A stretch of 64,000 nucleotides of DNA from NCBI RefSeq assembly GCF_046119375.1, contig NW_027362761.1, forward strand, positions 359,476,001 through 359,540,000. The letters are read 5' to 3'. The number at the start of each line of letters is the position of its first letter. Position 1 is the stretch's first letter. The DNA comes from Phyllobates terribilis. Lineage: Eukaryota. The position numbers and the translations under genes are program-made. Under the pieces are notes generated by a model. It saw nothing but the letters and a program-made list of their open reading frames with translations. It was not told the DNA's origin and searched no databases. Below, piece after piece: positions 1 through 10,789 of the stretch.

Positions 1-1
1 C

Positions 2-871
2 GGCACGGCGTAAGTCCTGACGGGTTTTGACCATCTTGGTCTGGTCGACCTGCATAGGCTCAGGAGAGTGTACCTGGGTAGAGACGGAGGGAGTGACGGG
101 TTTCTGAAAAGTAGGAGCTAGACGTGGTAACCTCCTCTCACGGGTGACCTCTTTGGCACGCTCCTGGAACCGTAGGTCAATCCGGGTGGCAAGAGTTATT
201 AGGTCATCGAGAGTGGTAGGGATGTCCCGACCGGCAAGTTCATCTTTAATACGGCCGGACAGACCCTCCCAGAAGACGGATACCAGAGCGTCGTTATCCC
301 AGGCCAGCTCCGAGGCAAGGGTACGGAACCGTATGGCATATTGGCCCACGGTGAGACTTCCCTGACGGAGGCGTAGCAGTGATGATGCAGATGAGGTCTT
401 CCGTCCGGGTTCGTCGAAGACTTTCCGGAAAGCCGTGAGGAAAGCAGGCAAGTTGGACACCAGGGGGTCTCCTCTCTCCCATAGAGGATTTAGCCAGGCC
501 AGGGCCTCCCCGGTGAGATGGGACATGATGAATGCAATTTTGGCTCGGTCGGAGTTAAACTGGTGGGACAATAGTTCAAAGTGCAGGGTGCACTGATTTA
601 TGAAGCCCCGAGCCTGGGCGGAGTCGCCTCCGAAGCGAGGAGGTGCAGAAAGCCGGGGTCCGGGGTAGGATACCATGGTATTAGTGGGCAGCGGAGCTGC
701 CGGATTGCGAGACATGGCACTGGCGGAGGTTGCTGGTGGAGCAGTCAGAGTGTCCAGGCGAGTATTGACATTCCGCAGGTGACCCAGGATGGACTCCTGT
801 TGGGACCTTTGACGGGACAGTTCATGACACAGGTCCGAGAGCGAGGGAGCTTGGGTGCCACCGGGTTCCAT
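2..871 (-). CDS. Retrotransposon Gag (PEG10/RTL1-like capsid), partial; open to the window edge
   Basis: Manual translation from ATG 871: MEPGGTQAPSLSDL...PPRFGGDSAQARGFINQCTLHFEL...KIAFIMSHLTGEALAWLNPLWE...LLRLRQGSLTVGQYAIRFRTLASELAWDNDAL...FWEGLSGRIKDEL...PEPMQVD. No stop in 290 codons. Absent from the ORF track, probably because its stop lies outside the window. Confidence 0.92.
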   Translation of the reverse strand, partial: MEPGGTQAPSLSDLCHELSRQRSQQESILGHLRNVNTRLDTLTAPPATSASAMSRNPAAPLPTNTMVSYPGPRLSAPPRFGGDSAQARGFINQCTLHFELLSHQFNSDRAKIAFIMSHLTGEALAWLNPLWERGDPLVSNLPAFLTAFRKVFDEPGRKTSSASSLLRLRQGSLTVGQYAIRFRTLASELAWDNDALVSVFWEGLSGRIKDELAGRDIPTTLDDLITLATRIDLRFQERAKEVTRERRLPRLAPTFQKPVTPSVSTQVHSPEPMQVDQTKMVKTRQDLRRA

Positions 872-974
872 GGCCCGAGCAAACTGTAACGGGTCTGGGA
901 GGCGGAACCTCTGAGCTACTATACAAGGGGGCGGTCCTTGTAAGGGAGCGGGTGGCGACCAGGGAAGACGGGCA

Positions 975-1640
975 GGAAGTCACAGCAGGTGACCGGGACA
1001 GTCTCTGAGTGAACGGGCTGGAGGTCACGGCAAGTGACCGGGGCAGTCTCTGGATGAACGGGCAGATGGTCACGGCAAGTGACCGGGGCAGTCTCTGGAT
1101 GAACGGGCAGATGGTCACGGCAAGTGACCGGGGCAGTCTCTGGATGAACGGGCAGATGGTCACGGCAAGTGACCGGGGCAGTCTCTGAATGAACGGGCAG
1201 ATGGTCACGGCAAGTGACCGGGGCAGTCTCTGAATGAACGGGCAGATGGTCACGGCAAGTGACCGGGGCAGTCTCTGAGTAAAGGGTTGGTACGACCTGT
1301 GGCGGCTGATGATAGACGTGAGCTCCCAGGTGAGCAGGCGAGAGTCTCTGGATGAACGGGTGGTCACAGCGTGTGACGGCGGAGCCTCCAGGAAGACCAA
1401 CAGACAGGCGGCAGATGAGCGCTCCCAGGTGAGCGGGCAGAAGTCTCTGGACAGGCGGGTGGTCACAGCACGTGACGGCAGAGCCTCCAGGTAGGCTAGC
1501 AGACAGGCAGCAGATGAGCGCTCCCAGGTGAGCGGGCAGGAGTCACTGGACAGGCAGGTGGTCACAGCACGTGACGGCGGAGCCTCCAGGTAGGCTAGCA
1601 GGCAGGTAGCAGATGTGTGCTCCCAGGTGAGCAGGCAAGC
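975..1640. repeat. Tandem arrays inside the LTR: 45-bp unit (about 6-7 copies, 975-1285) and about 96-bp unit (about 3 copies, 1310-1640)
   Basis: Repeated GGGCAGATGGTCACGGCAAGTGACCGGGGCAGTCTCTGGATGAAC and CTCCCAGGTGAGCGGGCAGG...GCAGATG units, also visible as repeated peptides in ORF 822-1565. Confidence 0.9.
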
Positions 1641-1908
1641 TGGTCCATAGACAGACTGACAGGAGTTGGAAGGCAGACCGTCGGACCTCAGGCAAGCAGG
1701 CAGGTGGCTGAAGTGCGCTCCCAGGTGAGCGGACAGGCTGGTCCTTAGACAGACTGACAGGAGTAGTAAGGCAGACCGTCGGACCTCAGACTAGCAGGCA
1801 GGTAGCAGATAATCAGGCAGGAATAAGACAGCAAGCTGGCAGGAATCTGGCAGGTAACTGGCAACGGGACCTGAGGGCTGAAGCAGAGTAGTGAACAGTG
1901 CAACAACA

Positions 1909-1948
1909 TTGCTCGGGCACCTCCATTTTGGAGGAGGTGCCTTAAATA
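1909..1948 (-). promoter_or_regulatory. LTR TATA-like box (TATTTAA, 1948-1942) and predicted TSS at about 1918, beginning GCCCGAGCAA (self-primer)
   Basis: TATTTAA lies 30 nt upstream of a 10-mer exactly complementary to the PBS at 873-882. Confidence 0.7.
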
Positions 1949-2162
1949 TGGTGAAGTCCTCCAGCCATTGGCCAGGGACTCCTTAGGACGGCGCGCGCGG
2001 CCCCTTTAAGAGGGAGGGAGAGCGCGCGCGCGCGCCCTAAGCACAGTGGCCGGGAAGGAGCGCGCGCTGCCAGCAGAGCGGGAGGAGGACGCCGGGCACG
2101 GAGCAGAGAGGTGAGGGGAACAGCGTCCCTGCCTAGCAGAGGGCAGGGACGCCGGCTCTACA

Positions 2163-2746
2163 GGTATGAGTGCTATCCGTGGTTTTCGTGGATAGCACTT
2201 GTACTTCTGATAATTTATGGGGCCTTTTACATGTCTGTGATTTTTTTGCAGACCAAGAGGTCTGTGGAAAATTGCAGAGACATGTCTGATTTTGATCCCA
2301 GGGTCCACTCAATATCGGCAATGCAAGTCAATGGGTCTGTGAAAAAAAATCAGTCCACACTTGAATGACATCAGACTGTGGTCTGATTTTCACAGACTGT
2401 CAGAATGGAGAAGGTGGAGAAACTTTTTTTTTTCTCCCAATGTGCGAGGAAAACTGATGACACTCGAACCACACTCTGATCAAAGTCTAATCAGAATAAT
2501 CGGTCTGTTCTATATGTGGAAAAAACAGACGTGTGAATGAGTCCTGAATAACAGACTGTACACTGATGCCATTTCACAGAACCATAGACTTGAGGGGGTG
2601 TGGGGTAATGATCCATCACTCTGACCAAAAACGGACATGTCTCCGTGATTTGTTTGCGGACAAAAAAAACCAAACAGGCATGTGAATAGAACCACTTTAA
2701 TGGTTATGTGTTCTGTGAAAATCACGGACGTGGGAATGAGGCCTAA
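2163..2746. mobile_element. Remnant of a non-autonomous palindromic DNA element (PIF/Harbinger-like MITE)
   Basis: Ends with CACGGACGTGGGAATGAGGCCTAA, a terminus type that recurs in the window (e.g. about 36612). Superfamily assignment is inferred. Confidence 0.45.
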
Positions 2747-3949
2747 AATGTATATAGAATAAGCCTCATACTTGCAGGCTGAATCAAAGTATACTTTATA
2801 GAAAACTTTTTTACAATTTACTGTACATTACATTAATTCTGTTTGTACTATCTTGGATAGGGATATTATTACACTGCCTCCTAAAGAATCATCAGGATGT
2901 ATTTGCTATTCCATAGTGTATTGGTGACAGGTGCAGTAATAACACCTGATCATATATTTCCTAGTAAACCGTTTCCTAAGCAGCAAAATACTATGTCCAA
3001 CCTGATTATACACAGCTAGAGCTAATTAACGCTTCCTTTCCCCATGGTTCTTGCCAAATCTTTGACGGTTAGATCAGGATAAAATAACAGGATTGCTTAC
3101 GCACATGGTATTTTACAAACAGGTAAACTCTCCTGTATACTCAATATCTGGGTTACTGTACCTTTCTGAAACATCCCCAAACCACTAACAAAATTCATTA
3201 TTCATTTGTTTCATTCAGTTGGAGAATCTTTCCTCTTTCTGTTTTTATGGGTGAGCTCCAACATTGCACTGATGTATCTGCATATTTATACTCCATTTTA
3301 ATTGCTTACATGTACAATGTTTTATATTTGTGTGTCTTGCAGCATGCTAAATAAATTAAAATATATATATTTTTAACGTGATTTGCATACCACAAGATAC
3401 CCACATGCATGGTATGCAAATTGCCAACTTTCTGTAAAAATTCAATGCCAGGCATCCATACCAAGCTGTTTTACAGCTACCCTAATCAAAAATCACACTA
3501 TTTAGGGCAGAGCGGTCTGTTGAGAAGATTGACAGTAAAAAAGAGTGTTGTGGAGAAGCAGTGATAGCTGTTGTAACCAAGTTAAACCAATGTCCCCACA
3601 CTATCCCAAATATCAGACTAGATTCCCATATACTCACTGCCTTGAACAATGTGATCTAGCCAGTTATTATGGGGTCCTGCTGTTCTGATTAGATCATGCT
3701 GTTTGTGGCAGACAGCATTAACTTTAGCAATTGTATAATAACAGCAGGGCAAGGCGCAGTGGAGTGGTAATGATAGGTGCTGTAACAAAAGAAAATGTCC
3801 AAATTAGAGCTTAGACTTCTACTTTCAGCGATTAGTTCCCCATATTTCTTTCTGGGGGGCCTTCTACTTCTTCCCTTGTATGAGGTTGACCAATGGTAAA
3901 CAGGAGGAAGATAGAACACGCCTCCAGAAGGTCAGAAGTCCTAAACTTC

Positions 3950-4380
3950 TTCCATTTAAGGATTATGGCGGCCACTGTGCTCTTAGGAACCTTGAGTACT
4001 GCAGAAATTCTTTTGTAACCTTGGCCAGATCTGTACCTTGCCACAACTCTGTCTCTGAGCTCCTTGGGCAGTTCCTTTGAGCTCATGATTCTCATTTGGT
4101 GTGACATGCACTGTGAGCTGTGAGGTCTTATATAGACAGGTATGTGCCTTTCCAAATCAAGTCCTATCAGTTTAATTAAACACAGCTGGACTCCAATGGA
4201 GGAGTACAACTATCTCAAGGAGGATCACAAGGAAATAGACAGCATGTGACTTAAATATGAGTGTCTGAGCAAAGGGTCTGAATATTTATGGCCATGTGAT
4301 ATTTCAGTTTTTCTTTTTTAATAAATTTGCAAAAATTTCTACATTTCTGTTTTTTTTCAGTCAAGATGGGGTACAGAGTA
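3950..4380 (-). mobile_element. Tc1-like transposon 5' fragment (TIR region + N-terminal HTH of the transposase)
   Basis: Peptide MSSKELPKELRDRVVARYRSGQGYKRISAVLKVPKSTVAAIILKWKKF. The terminal sequence matches the Tc1 remnant at 43571-45137. Confidence 0.88.
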
Positions 4381-4384
4381 GACT

Positions 4385-4412
4385 CTCATCCAGACCCGGG
4401 TACCATGATACC

Positions 4413-4445
<33 letters not shown>

Positions 4446-5025
4446 AATTTAAAATAAAAAATACATTATGCTTACCTTCTGATGGCCCCCAGTCTCCATA
4501 GCGATGCGTCCTGGCTTCCTGGCAGCTCGCGATGGTCTAAGAGGACCTGCGGTGACGTCATTTAGTCATGTGACAGGGCACGCGACCGTTGACGTCGGCG
4601 GTCGCTTGACCTGTCACATGACTAATGACGTCATGAAAGGTCCTTTTAGACCACCGCGAGCCGCCCAACACACCGGATGCACCGCAGGAGACCGGGGGCC
4701 ATTGGAAGGTGAGTATAATGTTTATTTTTTACAATTCTTTTACTATAACTTGGTCACACTATATAAATCCATGCCAGTTGCATGGATTTATATAGTGTGA
4801 CCAAGTTGTCAAGCACTTTCCAAGTGATGCTAAAATCGCTTGGAAAGCGCTTGACAACCCGCATGCAAAATCGCATGTGAAAAACGCTTCACATCCACAT
4901 GTCCCTGGCAGGAAAACGCACGTACAATCCGCACGTACAATCCGCATGCGTTTTTTCTGCCAGGGAGATGCAGAAACGCTCAGGAAAAATCCGGAGCATT
5001 TCTGCATCGTGGGTACATAGCCCTA
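4385..5025. mobile_element. Non-autonomous Harbinger-like element fragment, inverted copy of the 15047-15869 family
   Basis: 4760-5020 is the reverse complement of about 15050-15310, with terminus ATCGTGGGTACATAGCC. Confidence 0.6.
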
Positions 5026-6283
5026 CTGTAAAGAACCCTTTCCTATTTAACTGCCGGGATCGCCTTTCACAAATATCCCCCGTTCCTTTGTTAGGTCTTA
5101 GGAAGGAAGAAGTCATGTGCCAGTCTTTTGTACTAACCACATATGTATTTATAAGTAGTAATGAGATTAGCTTTGAAAAAAAGACCCCTCAGAAGCAAAC
5201 AAGCCCAACTTTTCCAACCTCTCATCATAGCAGAGGCCTTCCATCCCATGTAATAAGCAACCTGGCCGCCTTTGAACTCTAACTTCCCAAAATCCTTTTT
5301 AAAATGTGGAGCCAAAAACAGATCCCATATTCAAGATGTGGCCCTATGAGTGTTTTATAGAGGAGTAATAATATATTGGGAACACAGGATTATATCTCTG
5401 TTTTTCATACATCCTAAAATCTAGTTTGCTTTTGCGACTGTTGCCTGACATTGAGCACTGCTGCCTACCTTACATGAAACCAAATAACCCAAGTCCTTCT
5501 CCTATTCTGTAGTCCTGAGTATATTTCTATTCAATGTATATGCAGCAATACGATTACTCCGGCCAAGGTGCACTACTCTACATTTATCAACATTAGGCCT
5601 CATCTGCCGCGTGTTTGCCCACGCCAACATCTTATCTAGAGCATTCCGTAATATTATACTGTTAAACTCAATTTTTAGTATCCTACATAGTTTTGTGTCA
5701 TCAGCAAAGACTGACACTTTACACTCAATCCCACCCACAAGGTCATTAATAATGAGATTATTAAGATTTGGTCCTAATCCTTGTGGTCCCCACTGTTGAC
5801 TTTAGCCCAGTTAGAGAATGTACCATTTACAATGAATTTGTATTCTTTCATTAATCCATGCTGCTTGTCAGTTATTATATTATTCTCTGCAATCTATTTT
5901 TACAGGTTATCTCTCACAATGCCCTAAAATTTTTTGCACACCAGTGATGTCAGACTTGCCAGACGGTTGTTGCCTGGATCCACCTTCTTACCCATCTTAA
6001 ATATTGGTACCACGTCAGCCATCCTCCAATCCTGTGGCAGAGACGTGGTTACAATAGAGTCTAAGAAGTTTAGATACAGCAGTCTAGCAATTGCTGAGCT
6101 CAATTCCCTCAATATGCATGGCTGAATGCCATCTGGCCCAGGAGATTTTTCAATGTTTAATTTTCTGAGACTCAGACGTACTTCTTGTGTTAAACTAGTT
6201 ATATCAGGTGGTGAACTTTGATTCTTGCATTGCTGAATGATACCGGGCACAGGCAGTTCACTGGTGAACACAGATGAAAAGTA

Positions 6284-7777
6284 CAGTACAGACCAAAAGT
6301 TTGGACTCACCTTCTCATTTAGAGATTTTTCTGTATTTTCATGACTATGAAAATTGTACAATTTTCATGACTATGAAAATTGTACATTCACACTGAAGGC
6401 ATAAAAACTATGAATTAACACATGTGGAATTATATACCTAACAAAAAAGTGTGAAACAACTAAAAATATGTCTTATATTCTAGGTTCTTCAAAGTAGCCA
6501 CCTTTTGCTTTGATGACTGCTTTGCACACTCTTGGCATTCTCTTGATGAGTTTCAAGAGGTAGTCACCGGACATGGTTTTCACTTCACCGGTGTGCCCTG
6601 TCAGGTTTAATAAGTGGGAATTCTTGCCTTATAAATTGGGTTGGGACCATCAGTTGTGTTGTGCAGAAGTCAGGTAGATACACAGCTGATAGTCCTACTG
6701 AATAGACTGTTAGAATTTGTATTATGGCAAGAAAAAAGCAGCTAAGTAAAGAAAAACGAGTGGCCATCATTACTTTAAGAAATGAAGGTCAGTCAGTGCG
6801 AAAAATTGGGAAAACTTTGAAAGTGTCCCCAAGTGCAGTTGCATAAACCATCAAGCGCTGCAAAGAAACTGGCTCACATGAGGACCGCCCCAGGAAAGGA
6901 AGACCAAGAGTCACCTCTGCTTCTGAGGATAAGTTTATCCGAGTCACCAGCCTCAGAAATCGCAGGTTAACAGCAGCTCAGATTAGAGACCAGGTCAATG
7001 CCACACAGAGTTCAAGCAGCAGACACATCTCTTCAACATCTGTTAAGAGGAGACTTTGTGCAGCAGGCCTTCATGGTAAAATAGCTGCTAGGAAACCACT
7101 GCTAAGGACAGGCAACAAGCAGAAGAGACTTGTTTGGGCTAAAGAACACAAGGAATGGACATTAAACCAGTGGAAATCTGTGCTTTGGTCTGATGAGTCC
7201 AAATTTGAGATCTTTGGTTCCAACCACCGTGTCTTTGTGCCACGGAGAAAAGGTGAACGGATGGACTCTACATGCCTGGTTCCCACCGTGAAGCATGGAG
7301 GAGGAGGTGTGGGGGTGCTTTGCTGGTGACACTGTTGGGGATTTATTCAAAATTGAAGGCATACTGAACCAGCATGGCTACCACAGCATCTTGCAGCGAC
7401 ATGCTATTCCATCCGGTTTGCGTTTAGTTGGACCATTATTTTTCAACAGGACAATGACCTCAAACACACCTCCAGGCTGTACAAGGGCTATTTGACCAAG
7501 AAGGAGAGTGATGGGGTGCTCCGCCAGATGACCTGGCCTCCACAATCACCAGACCTGAACCCAATCGAGATGGTTTGGGGTGAGCTGGACCGCAGAGTGA
7601 AGGCAAAAGGGCCAACAAGTGCTAAGCATCTCTGGGAACTCCTTCAAGATTGTTGGAAGACCATTTCCGGTGACTACGTCTTGAAGCTCATCAAGAGAAT
7701 GCCAAGAGTGCCATAGTCATGAAAATACAGAAAAATCTTGAAATGAGAAGGTGTATCCAAACTTTTGGTCTGTACTG
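6284..7777 (+). mobile_element. Tc1-like transposon (1494 bp) inserted into CR1 ORF2
   Basis: TIRs CAGTACAGACCAAAAGTTTGGA.../...TCCAAACTTTTGGTCTGTACTG (about 65 bp); TA TSD at 6282-6283 and 7778-7779. Confidence 0.95.
6724..7716 (+). pseudogene. Tc1 DD34E transposase pseudogene
   Basis: MARKKQLSKEKRVAII..., WSDESKF, QQDND and WPPQSPDLNPIE motifs; in-frame TAA near 6844, frameshifts and a truncated C-terminus. Confidence 0.93.
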
Positions 7778-8300
7778 TATATGTTTAATATCTCAGCCTT
7801 TTCTTTGTCTTCTCCTATTATATTATCTTATAATCTTCTTTTAAATGGGGCCGGTGCCTTCAGCTATTTTCTTTTTGGCATTAATTTATTTAAAATATAA
7901 CCAAAGAAAGTTATATCATTGGCGATTTGTTTTTCTGTAGCTAACTTTGCTCACTTCATTTCTTTTGTACATTTCCTTTTGAGATCTTTATAGTCCTGGA
8001 ATGCCATTTCTGTTTTCTCGGCTTTCAAGGTTTTAAATACCCTTTGTTTTTGTCTTATGATATTTTGTACTGCTCTATTCCTGGACATTTTATCACTAGA
8101 GCGTATAAACTTACTAAAGGATTCTAGCAATATATCTTTAAACATGCCATGTTCGGTATCCCCAATTACCAGGACATGATCCCAGTCTACAAGACTAAGC
8201 TCTTCACTTAACCGAGTGAATTCCTACAGTTCCAGGTTTTTGTATTTCCCCCTAAGGTTTTGTTCAATATTACTTTGAAATTTACCACATTATTATGTGA

Positions 8301-8487
8301 GGCCACGTTCAACATTTTCTCAGTATTTTAAAATCAGTATTTGTAAGCCAAAATCAGAAGTGGAACAATCAGAGGAAAAGTGTAATAGAAACACATCACC
8401 ATTTCTGCATTTTTCACCTACTCCTGGTTTTGGCTTACTAATACGGATATAAAATACTGACCAAACACTGAACGTGTGAACATGGCC
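8301..8487. mobile_element. Harbinger-like MITE inside the CR1
   Basis: TIR GGCCACGTTCA / TGAACATGGCC flanked by TGA/TTA. Confidence 0.6.
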
Positions 8488-10789
8488 TTAGCTGTCGATC
8501 TAATATTGTATCTGGTCTATTTGACAGGAACAGATCTAGCAAATTATTTTAGCAGGTTGTTTTATCAACCAGCAGAGAGATAATTGTCTTGAATTGTGGA
8601 TAAGAACTTACAGTTTTTAGCACAATCAGAAGACTATGTTCCATTGAATGTATGGATAGATAAAATTACCCATAATAAGGACCCTATTATTATTATTTGC
8701 TGCCAGCTATATTAAGAGGCTTATAGCAAACTAATTAGTAACTAACCATTACTGTCAGACGATTGTATATCAGTATGGACTCTAAACTGTCGCAGCTCCA
8801 CCCAATCTTATCATTGATCACAAGTCAAAGTTGGATTCAAAGAAAATACACACCCCACCTTTTTCTTCTTTCTGTCCTTTATGAATGTAGTGCAACCCTC
8901 TACATTTATCATCCAGTCACGGCTCTCATTCAGGCAGGTTTCTGTAATACCTACCCCATCGTAATCTGTGGCTTACATAAGAGTCTCCAAATTCATTTTG
9001 TTTGCAAGACTTTTTGCATTTTCTAGCAGACATTTAATATTAGCACATTTATTACTCTTGGTTACTTCCCTACTTTCCTTTCTAGTCCCAATTCCCTCCT
9101 AATACTCATTGGCCCATACTCTCTCCCACTTTGTCTACTCTGTTCCCTTTTTGTACAACCACCCTCGCTCCAAAAGATCCCAATTTAAAAGTTCCTCCAT
9201 CCATCTGACCATTTTCCCCCCAGCACAGCTGCAATGCAGCCTGTCCCTACTGTAGAGAGTAGCTCACAGAGGAGTCGGCCCAGTTCTCAATGAATCTAAA
9301 CCCTTCCTTTCTGCAACAATTTCTAAGCCACTTATTTAACTCCCCCCATCATTTTAGTGATGCTCGTGGCACTGGGAATATTTCTGAAAACACCACCTTG
9401 GAGGTTTTGGACTTCAGCTTCTTTACATGTTTCCTGTAATCGTTTTTAAATGATCTTCCATTTCCCTCTGACTTTGTCATTGGTACAAGTGTATACCATG
9501 ACTGCTGGGTTTTCCCCAGCCCCACCCAGCATCTGTTTATCAGATCCATAATACGCGAAACCCGTGCATCTGGTGGACAACATACTGTTCGGCATTTACG
9601 GTCTCTGCAGCAGATGACTATGTTTGCCTAATTATAGCATCCCCTTCCACAAACATCTGTCCGGCCTGTGCTGTAGGAAGGAGGGAAATAGAAATACAGC
9701 AGTCATTTTCCTGGTGATCCTAGCCCTGGGCCTGTATTCCTAATATCAGCCAAACAGGGATATTTACTAGGTTGTGCCAGATTAGGACTAGGCTCCCTGA
9801 CACTTTTCCTCCTACCCTTTCTTACCCAGGTACCTACGTCTGGGTCCTGAGCTTACCCACTCCCTTATCACTGGCCCAAGTCAGAGCATGCTCAATGAGA
9901 TGTAAACTCCTCTCCAGGTTTGCAATGCTCCTGAGCTTTGCAAGCTTGATATTTAGATCCATGATCTGGGCTTACAAATAAACAGCAGACATTTGGTGCA
10001 GATATATTCACTCTCAAACAGCTGTTCAAGACTTGCATACATCTCACAAGCTGCACACCTGGCAGCATTGTCCATGGCGCTCATATTAAATGGGGACGAA
10101 TAGTATAGACAATATCAGAAAAACAATGAAAAAACACCAAACTATTGTGTCCTATATTCTTGTGTTGAACTATGATATTGTGTTTAATTATGCACTTATC
10201 TGAAACCATGCAATTAAGTACAGTCCATGCTACACTCAGCCTCTCGGAGGCTCTGGAACTTCTTGTGCAATAGCTAACAAGCTTCAACACTGGAACTTTT
10301 TTTGTTTAGATGAGAAATCAAAAAATTAAAAGTACATTTTATTCAGCTCTCCAGCCAATAATTCATGATGTGGCCAGTTTAACAGGCTAAAATTGGTCGT
10401 AATTGTACCAGCGTAAATTACCTACCAGGATAGCCACCTTTCCCTCTTGCACTCAGTTTGAGCAAAGGTACTACAAAAGCCCTTATTTCACTGGATCTGT
10501 GTTATTGCTATATACTCATTGGACTCATGCATACTTTTGTTATCGGGACCTTGCCGACACCTTAGTAGGCCTTAATGTGTTCTACCTCCTGCAGCCAAAA
10601 GAAAACCATGGCAGAACTTTAGCTTTTTTTTCCAATTACAACTCCAACCCTCCCCCCCCCCATCCTCCCCAAAAAATAATGCAAGTGGTTTAGTACATTT
10701 TATGTATCCTCAAATGATACCATATCATATACAACTCATCCTGCAAACAATAAGCTCTTGGATTTTTCTGTCAAATTAGCTATATACAG

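Larger units (their letters stand above)
1..2162 (-). mobile_element. Ty3/Gypsy (sushi/Tf1-like) LTR retrotransposon, 5' part (LTR + gag), continuing off the window start
   Basis: Open gag frame on the minus strand preceded by an LTR with TG...CA termini (minus start TGTAGAGCC at 2162, end GTTACA at 885). Confidence 0.9.
885..2162 (-). repeat. 5' LTR (about 1278 bp) of the sushi-like element
   Basis: TG/CA termini, TATA-like box, located immediately upstream of the PBS and gag ATG. The TSD cannot be checked because the 3' end is outside the window. Confidence 0.75.
5030..10075 (-). mobile_element. Decayed, internally deleted CR1 LINE (ORF1 zinc finger + SGNH esterase; ORF2 APE endonuclease + RT)
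   Basis: ORF1 start MDNAARCAACEMY...YICTKC (ATG 10075); esterase remnants SKVVFSEIFPVPRA and ELNKWLRNCCRKEGFRFIENW (9230-9550); degenerate APE remnant (8500-9010); RT remnants KSPGPDGIQPCILREL...WRMADVVPIFKMG, VFADDTKL and PHLEYG-like/WAPHFKKD. Interrupted by a Tc1 and a MITE. Confidence 0.88.

Noticed and set aside
822-1565. 247-aa ORF in the LTR
   Set aside because: Composed of 15- and 32-aa repeat units from the LTR arrays; no domain is recognisable.
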